From positions 800,001-864,000 of the forward strand of contig JALSOH010000004.1 of assembly GCA_026986575.1 (NCBI GenBank): 64,000 nt of DNA, given 5' to 3'. Each line of letters starts with the position of its first letter. Positions within the stretch are counted from its first letter, which is position 1. Positions 58,796-64,000 of the stretch are shown here, piece by piece. The position numbers and the translations under genes were made by a program. A model generated the notes under the pieces. It was given only the letters and a program-made list of their open reading frames with translations, searched no databases and had not been told where the DNA came from. Source of the DNA: Thermoproteota archaeon (GTDB lineage Archaea > Korarchaeota > Korarchaeia > Korarchaeales > Korarchaeaceae).

Positions 58796-60286
58796 TCACA
58801 ATTTTTTGTAGCAGGTCTCGAGATCCCTCTTCAATCTGATGACTGGGTCCTCCCATGTGAAGGTCCCACTTTCCTCATCCCACAGATCTATGGGGAGCCT
58901 CCAGCCGGGACTTATATCCAAGAAATCCTCCGCCAAGACGAGTTGATCTCCGTAAACGGACTTCACCGTCCAAATGAGATCCCCCCTCACTTCTGGCCTA
59001 GTGACTAGGAGAGATAGCAGCCCCTCGAAGTCATCCCCCTCTATGTAATGGGTGAGTACCGATCCCACCGACCTCAGGAAGGAGTGGAAGGGTACCATCT
59101 CATCATGGGAGGCCCTCACTATCAGCATGAGTTTTTCCATGCCCTTAGGGATCCCGTGGAAGTACATCCTGATTATGTAACCGTCCTTCCTAAGTCGGCC
59201 GAGCCTCTTCTTCGGATCAGGAATTCTCTCCCTCTTCAGGAGCTTGTGAGTGACCTTCCCGTGCTTGAAAACTAGGTTAAGTATCCTCAAATCGTTCCTG
59301 TCGAGGTTGGACTCTGGCCTCTTCACGAGAATGCTCAGGTCCCTCCCCCTAGGCTGGGGCCTGGACAATTCCTCCACCGAATCGTACGGGCTCCTCCCAG
59401 CATCGAGAGAGAGGCCAAAGGCTGCGTCCTTCACGAGATACAGCGGGATCCTTCCATCTAGCGCATCTCTCAGGGCATCAAGACCCTGGTAGGGGTAGGA
59501 CAAATATGCCCTCACGTGCGCCTCTGATGAGACCGGGATGTACGCGCTATAGGTGTACGGAAACCTCCAGAAGGCCTTCCTGCACTCTCTATTGTTGGGA
59601 TACGTGATGAGGAGGGTCGTCAGACCTAACTTCCAGTTATCCACGTTCTCAGGTCCGAATATCATGCCAAGCATCCTCAGCTTCTTCAAAGACCTGCTCA
59701 GGGTGGCTCCGGTTATCCCCATCCCCCTGATCTCCCTGTCGGTAGCCAGAGGGTTCCTTGAGATGATCTCCATTATCTTGGCATCGCTCTCGGTGATCCT
59801 CACCGTCATCCCAGCGATCCTGTTGAGGAGTGCCATGTAAGTTTCGAAGTCGAGGGATCCCCTCTCAGCGGCAAGGTTAACTATCATAAGCAGGTTCCCC
59901 ACGACCCTATCCATCTCTCCCTCTTGGATGAGCGAGAGGAGTTCGTATGGATCGTAATCATGGAACGGACCTTCTGGGGAAATTCTACACCTCAACCACA
60001 GCTTCTTGGGGGATCCCGAGTAGTACCAAGCCACATCGTGCACCTGAGGTACAACATCCACCCCCAGGACGGTATGTAGGATCACCGCCTCCTTTTTCAG
60101 GACCTGAGGAAGCCACTTGACCACTCCTCTAGCCACGAGGAGGGCCTCTCCATCGTAACCGGTGCATCTGCCCCCAGGCACTTCGTCGACGATCCTCACC
60201 TCCTTGGGGATAGGTCTGCGGATCTCCAATCCAGTCGACTTAGAGACATCCTCGATCTTCGCGTGCAGCTCACTGACCGGATCCAT
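58796..60286 (-). CDS. Multidomain regulator, paralogue B (N-terminal domain + two HTH/Lrp-like modules)
   Basis: ESDAKIMEII..NP......G....TLSRSLKKL and LDRNDLRIL.....G......RL..L...G.I; co-linear with the upstream paralogue. Confidence 0.75.
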   Translation of the reverse strand: MDPVSELHAKIEDVSKSTGLEIRRPIPKEVRIVDEVPGGRCTGYDGEALLVARGVVKWLPQVLKKEAVILHTVLGVDVVPQVHDVAWYYSGSPKKLWLRCRISPEGPFHDYDPYELLSLIQEGEMDRVVGNLLMIVNLAAERGSLDFETYMALLNRIAGMTVRITESDAKIMEIISRNPLATDREIRGMGITGATLSRSLKKLRMLGMIFGPENVDNWKLGLTTLLITYPNNRECRKAFWRFPYTYSAYIPVSSEAHVRAYLSYPYQGLDALRDALDGRIPLYLVKDAAFGLSLDAGRSPYDSVEELSRPQPRGRDLSILVKRPESNLDRNDLRILNLVFKHGKVTHKLLKRERIPDPKKRLGRLRKDGYIIRMYFHGIPKGMEKLMLIVRASHDEMVPFHSFLRSVGSVLTHYIEGDDFEGLLSLLVTRPEVRGDLIWTVKSVYGDQLVLAEDFLDISPGWRLPIDLWDEESGTFTWEDPVIRLKRDLETCYKKL

Positions 60287-60303
60287 TCGGTTGTTCAACC
60301 TCC

Positions 60304-60360
60304 CTAACCAATATTACCTTTCCTCCACCAGTCCCCGGGCCCGTCCGGTGTGATTACCAC
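60304..60360 (-). CDS. Candidate micro-ORF, 18 aa (MVITPDGPGDWWRKGNIG)
   Basis: GTG immediately after the TAG of paralogue A; fills most of the gap between the paralogues. Confidence 0.3.
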   Translation of the reverse strand: MVITPDGPGDWWRKGNIG

Positions 60361-61869
60361 CTATCCTTGTGGGACCGGCCGGGATCGAGGGAGGCACGCC
60401 TCGAGATCATCCTTTAACCTCTCGAGGGGTTCCCTCCACAAGAATTTCTGCGACCCCTCGTCCCACAGATCTATAGGGAGCCTCCAACCCGGCTTAATGT
60501 CCACGAAATCCTCGGCCAGAAGCACTCTTTCACCGTATACGGTCCTGACCACTCTGAGGATATCTCCCCTAATCTCCGGAGGGGCCATAAGCACGCCCAT
60601 CAGGTAGGAGACCTCGCCCTCTAGGTGCTGAATCATCACCGATCCTCCGGATCCCAGCACCCCCAACAGGGTATCCATCTCCTCGGGTTCATCCTCCACT
60701 AGGACGATCGCCTTCTCTACGCCCATGGGTAACGTTAACCGATAGAGACTGGTGATGATTCCGGCCCCCCTCAGCTTTCTGAGCCTGGACCTAGCTTCCG
60801 GAACCCCCTTCTTGGTCAGGATGTTGACAGACACCTTTCCCTCCTCGAGGACGAAATTAAGCACGTCCAAATCGAGCTCATCAACTCGGACAGGTGGAGA
60901 CGAGGTGGCAATGAACTCCACCTTTTCTCCAAACTCTTGAGGGGTGGCCAGATTTATCGCCTCGAATGGGTCCCTGACGGGGTCGAAATTGAATCTCAGG
61001 AGGGTTTTCCTAACTAGGAATACAACCAATCCAAGGTTCCGAAGCGAGAGCAGATCGTCCATCCCTTCATATGGGTATGAGAGGTATGCATGGGCGTCGA
61101 TCTCGCTCGACACAGGTACCAGCATGCTGCGCGTGTAAGGAAACCTCCAGAAAGCCTTTCTGCACTCCTTTCGGTTGGAGAACGATATCAGAAAGGTAGA
61201 CAGCCCTAGTTTATGATAATCCACGTTCTCGGGGCCAGATATCATCCTCAGAGTCCTCAACTTCCCCATGGACTTCGTCAAGGAGGATCCTCCCATCCCC
61301 CTCCTCCTGATGTAGTCAGAGGTAGCGCGTGGATTCTCTGAGATTATCCTTATCAGCTTCACGTCAGAGTCGGAGAGACCAACGCTAGAACCGACGATCT
61401 TGTAGAGGAGAGCCATGTACATCGGGAACTCTAAGTTACCCAGCCTAGCTGAGGCGTTCACTATCCTGATGATGGTTCCGAGCACCCTGTTCCTCTCCTT
61501 AGAAGGGACCATGGAGAAAAGCCTGTAGGGGTCGTAATCGTGAAATGGGCTCCCAGGCGGGATTCTACACCTCTCCCAGAGTTCTCTGGGGGCCGAAGAG
61601 TATATCCACGCCAAGTCGTGAACTTGGGGGACCTCATCCACCTCTGGCACCATTAGAGAGATCGCAGCTTCCTTCGCCAATACATACGGGAGCACGTCCC
61701 CAGCCAATTTGGCGGATACTAGGAGGGCGTCGCCTTTCCTATGAGTGCACCCATTGCTGGGAAGATCCTCGACTACTCTCATCCGCTTGGGGACGCTCCT
61801 CCTAATCTCCAAGCCAAGTAGTCTAGAGGCCCTCTCAACTTCCCTCTCGACTTCAGCGATAAAGCCCAT
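60361..61869 (-). CDS. Multidomain regulator, paralogue A
   Basis: Shares GLEIRR, KEA, VPQVHD.AW.YS, PFHDYDPY, GPENVD..KLGL, ECRKAFWRFPYT and PGWRLPIDLWDE with paralogue B. Confidence 0.75.
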   Translation of the reverse strand: MGFIAEVEREVERASRLLGLEIRRSVPKRMRVVEDLPSNGCTHRKGDALLVSAKLAGDVLPYVLAKEAAISLMVPEVDEVPQVHDLAWIYSSAPRELWERCRIPPGSPFHDYDPYRLFSMVPSKERNRVLGTIIRIVNASARLGNLEFPMYMALLYKIVGSSVGLSDSDVKLIRIISENPRATSDYIRRRGMGGSSLTKSMGKLRTLRMISGPENVDYHKLGLSTFLISFSNRKECRKAFWRFPYTRSMLVPVSSEIDAHAYLSYPYEGMDDLLSLRNLGLVVFLVRKTLLRFNFDPVRDPFEAINLATPQEFGEKVEFIATSSPPVRVDELDLDVLNFVLEEGKVSVNILTKKGVPEARSRLRKLRGAGIITSLYRLTLPMGVEKAIVLVEDEPEEMDTLLGVLGSGGSVMIQHLEGEVSYLMGVLMAPPEIRGDILRVVRTVYGERVLLAEDFVDIKPGWRLPIDLWDEGSQKFLWREPLERLKDDLEACLPRSRPVPQG

Positions 61870-62182
61870 TCAGAGTCCTTCGAACGCTGGATTAATTTAT
61901 TCGTTCCCCTCGCTGAAAGGAGAAATTGTCTAGCCTTTCTCCTCCAACTCGCACACGATGTATAGTGGCAGTTTGAGCGGTGCTCAGGGAGGAGAGGAGA
62001 GACCCGGGGATCCGACGAGAAGGATCTCGGAGACAATTGCCTAAAGGGGAGGAGAACCGGGAGATGGAGCGAGGGGGACCGAACGAATGCCCGCCCCCCA
62101 TCGCTCCAATAGAGAGCGACCATTCTCTTATATAAGTTATGCGTTCGACGGACCCGCGCAGCGCTCGCGAGCCTGCGAATCG

Positions 62183-63724
62183 TCATCCTACGTCCAGGTC
62201 GCCCTCTAGAAGGAGCACGATCTCCTTCCTGACCTGATCGAGGAGCAGCATGAGGGACCTCCTGAGGGCCACCAGCTCGTATACCCTGACGGTCCTGCTC
62301 CCCTTTCCCCTCCTCCCGACGCGCCTAGACCTCACCAGATTGAGCCTGGTGAGCTTCCCCAGATCGTCCTCGTACTCCGCCCTCTCCCCCCTGTAGATGG
62401 GTGAGAGCAGGGTCACGATCTCTGGAAGGCTGAGGCCCTCTCTCTCCTCACGGGCCTCCAGCTTCTCAGCCAAGCTCCCCCTTCCCCTGACGCAGTTCCT
62501 CAGGGAGCTAGAGTTACCCTGATGGAAGTATAGGCACAGGACCTCAGCCACCCTCTTGGCGTAATCGGACCTGCCCATGAACTTCCCGTCCAAGAACTCC
62601 TTGGCGGCCAGGGCCTGCAGGATGGCGCACTCCCTCTCCTCCAGCGCGACGAGCACGTCGTCCACGTTGGGTTGAGATGCCCCGAGCCTGAATAGGTTAA
62701 CAGATATCCTCACCGCCTTCTTCAGGTCTAGGGTCGGGAGCCAGAAACCCTCTATGTATCTCCTAAATCTCCTCTCCACGTCGAAGTTCCTCAAGAGGTG
62801 GGAGTACGTGGAGCCGAAGGTCGCGTCCCGCCATCCCGTGACGTTCCTGAGCACCTCGGGATTCAGGATCATGAGGCCGTTGACGAGGCTCCACTCCCCA
62901 TGGAACCAGAGCGATGAGCTGGTGTAGAACACCTTCTGGGCGAGCACCAGATCTATGCCCATCCTGAGCATGCCCCTGACCCTCTTCCTCGCCTTCTTGT
63001 TCACCTGCCTGCTCCTGCCGAGGGACATCATCACCAGCACACCGTCTACCGAGGAGAAGACGGTATCGTAGAGCCTGTGCACCAGCACGTCAGGTTTCCT
63101 CATCTTCAGCTTCAGGGGAGAGATCAACTCCTTGACCAGATCCAGCGGCATATCCTCCACGGGGGCCGGGAAGTACACCTCGGTGAAGAACCTCGAAGCC
63201 CTGATGTTCGGGATCTCCCTTCTCTTCAGTTCGTCATTTATGGCTCCCTTGAACTCCCCGGCCAAATCGGGCCACTCAGAAGCTAGGCGATAGAGATCGC
63301 TTGAGAGTCCGGGGCTGACCTCGACCACCTTAGACAGCCTGATGGACCTCAGGCCTGACGAGTAGATCCTCTCCTCCCAGGTCGCATCCTCCAGTACCTT
63401 TCTCACCTTCCTCCCCAGGAAACCCGGGCAAGGGTTCTCCACCGTGGGCACTGAGCCTTCCAGCTCCCTTCCTAGGAATGTGGAGCAGTTGGTGGCGAGT
63501 TTCACCCCCTCCCTTATCACATGCTCCTCGTCCCACCCAGCCCTCCTGACAGCATCGCTGCCTGACCGGTTATGGAGGATGGGAACGAATTCAGGTTCCA
63601 AGTAGACCTTGCCCAGCGTCAGGGTTACCCTCAAGTTTTCCCTCCAAGTAACCCCGACCTGTCCAACAAAAATTTCACCACGCCGGGGGGAACCGCGTTC
63701 ATGCAGGGATTGGCCGGGCACCAA
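62183..63724 (-). CDS. Hypothetical protein with C-terminal winged-helix-like domain; start uncertain
   Basis: 513-codon ORF; GLSLPEI...L.KL...NLV.S......G.......Y.L pattern. Confidence 0.6.
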   Translation of the reverse strand: MVPGQSLHERGSPRRGEIFVGQVGVTWRENLRVTLTLGKVYLEPEFVPILHNRSGSDAVRRAGWDEEHVIREGVKLATNCSTFLGRELEGSVPTVENPCPGFLGRKVRKVLEDATWEERIYSSGLRSIRLSKVVEVSPGLSSDLYRLASEWPDLAGEFKGAINDELKRREIPNIRASRFFTEVYFPAPVEDMPLDLVKELISPLKLKMRKPDVLVHRLYDTVFSSVDGVLVMMSLGRSRQVNKKARKRVRGMLRMGIDLVLAQKVFYTSSSLWFHGEWSLVNGLMILNPEVLRNVTGWRDATFGSTYSHLLRNFDVERRFRRYIEGFWLPTLDLKKAVRISVNLFRLGASQPNVDDVLVALEERECAILQALAAKEFLDGKFMGRSDYAKRVAEVLCLYFHQGNSSSLRNCVRGRGSLAEKLEAREEREGLSLPEIVTLLSPIYRGERAEYEDDLGKLTRLNLVRSRRVGRRGKGSRTVRVYELVALRRSLMLLLDQVRKEIVLLLEGDLDVG

Positions 63725-63797
63725 GTCATATGCGAAGGTCTACATCTTCACTCTTCCACCTATTTTAGCACCCAGATCTCGATAAGACAGAGAGGAA

Positions 63798-64000
63798 TTG
63801 AGGACGATCCTTATCGGGGTCGAAGATCTCGGAGTGAGGCTAGCTGAGAGGCTCATATCCACTGTCAAGAGGTCGTCCTTATTGGAGAGGGGTGCTAAGC
63901 TCATCCTAGAGACCTACTACGTGGACGATTCCGGGAGGAGGGAGAGGCTCAGAGCATCCTACGAGCTCGACGATACATTCCTCGGGGAGAGCGAAACCCT
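63798..64000 (+). CDS. 5' fragment of a gene with a Rossmann/tubulin-FtsZ-like first strand-helix; runs off the window
   Basis: TTG after GAGG; MRTILIGVEDLGVRLAERL...ETYYVDD, open to the window end. Confidence 0.5.
   Translation, partial: MRTILIGVEDLGVRLAERLISTVKRSSLLERGAKLILETYYVDDSGRRERLRASYELDDTFLGESET

Noticed and set aside
188-63847. Numerous short antisense or alternate-frame ORFs in the ORF track
   Set aside because: Shadows of motif-bearing genes, with Ser/Pro/Leu-rich antisense composition
1-64000. CRISPR array, rRNA, tRNA, IS transposase or integrase
   Set aside because: No regularly spaced repeats or matching motifs seen by eye

Overview
Archaeal chromosomal window, most likely from a thermophile of the TACK group (Korarchaeota-like). 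This placement is inferred from Elp3, Nre, archaeal ATPases, MNT-HEPN and VapBC pairs, TATA boxes about 25-30 nt before leaderless starts, GGAGG/GGTGA RBSs and a C/D-box RNA. The first ~10.6 kb is a sulfur/redox block, visibly more AT-rich in its first ~7.4 kb. It holds a psrABC/phsABC-like operon carrying six separate lesions, an intact DsrE-TusA-SQR-DUF1641 operon, and adjacent CCG and two LUD-domain genes. The middle mixes housekeeping and accessory genes: an Elp3-Trm9 operon, an SplB-like radical SAM gene opposite Nre, a P1B-ATPase, three ATPase-nuclease genes, several TA pairs and a bactofilin-like gene. About ten pseudogenes occur across the window, and several of their nonsense codons look like CG>CT changes. 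The right end has a CapK/PaaK-like adenylate-forming ligase downstream of two tandem ~500-aa paralogous regulators, each followed by a Gly-rich micro-ORF, which is the best candidate for an undescribed system. No tRNA, rRNA, CRISPR array or intact IS element was recognised. All family calls come from motif recognition, not database searches.
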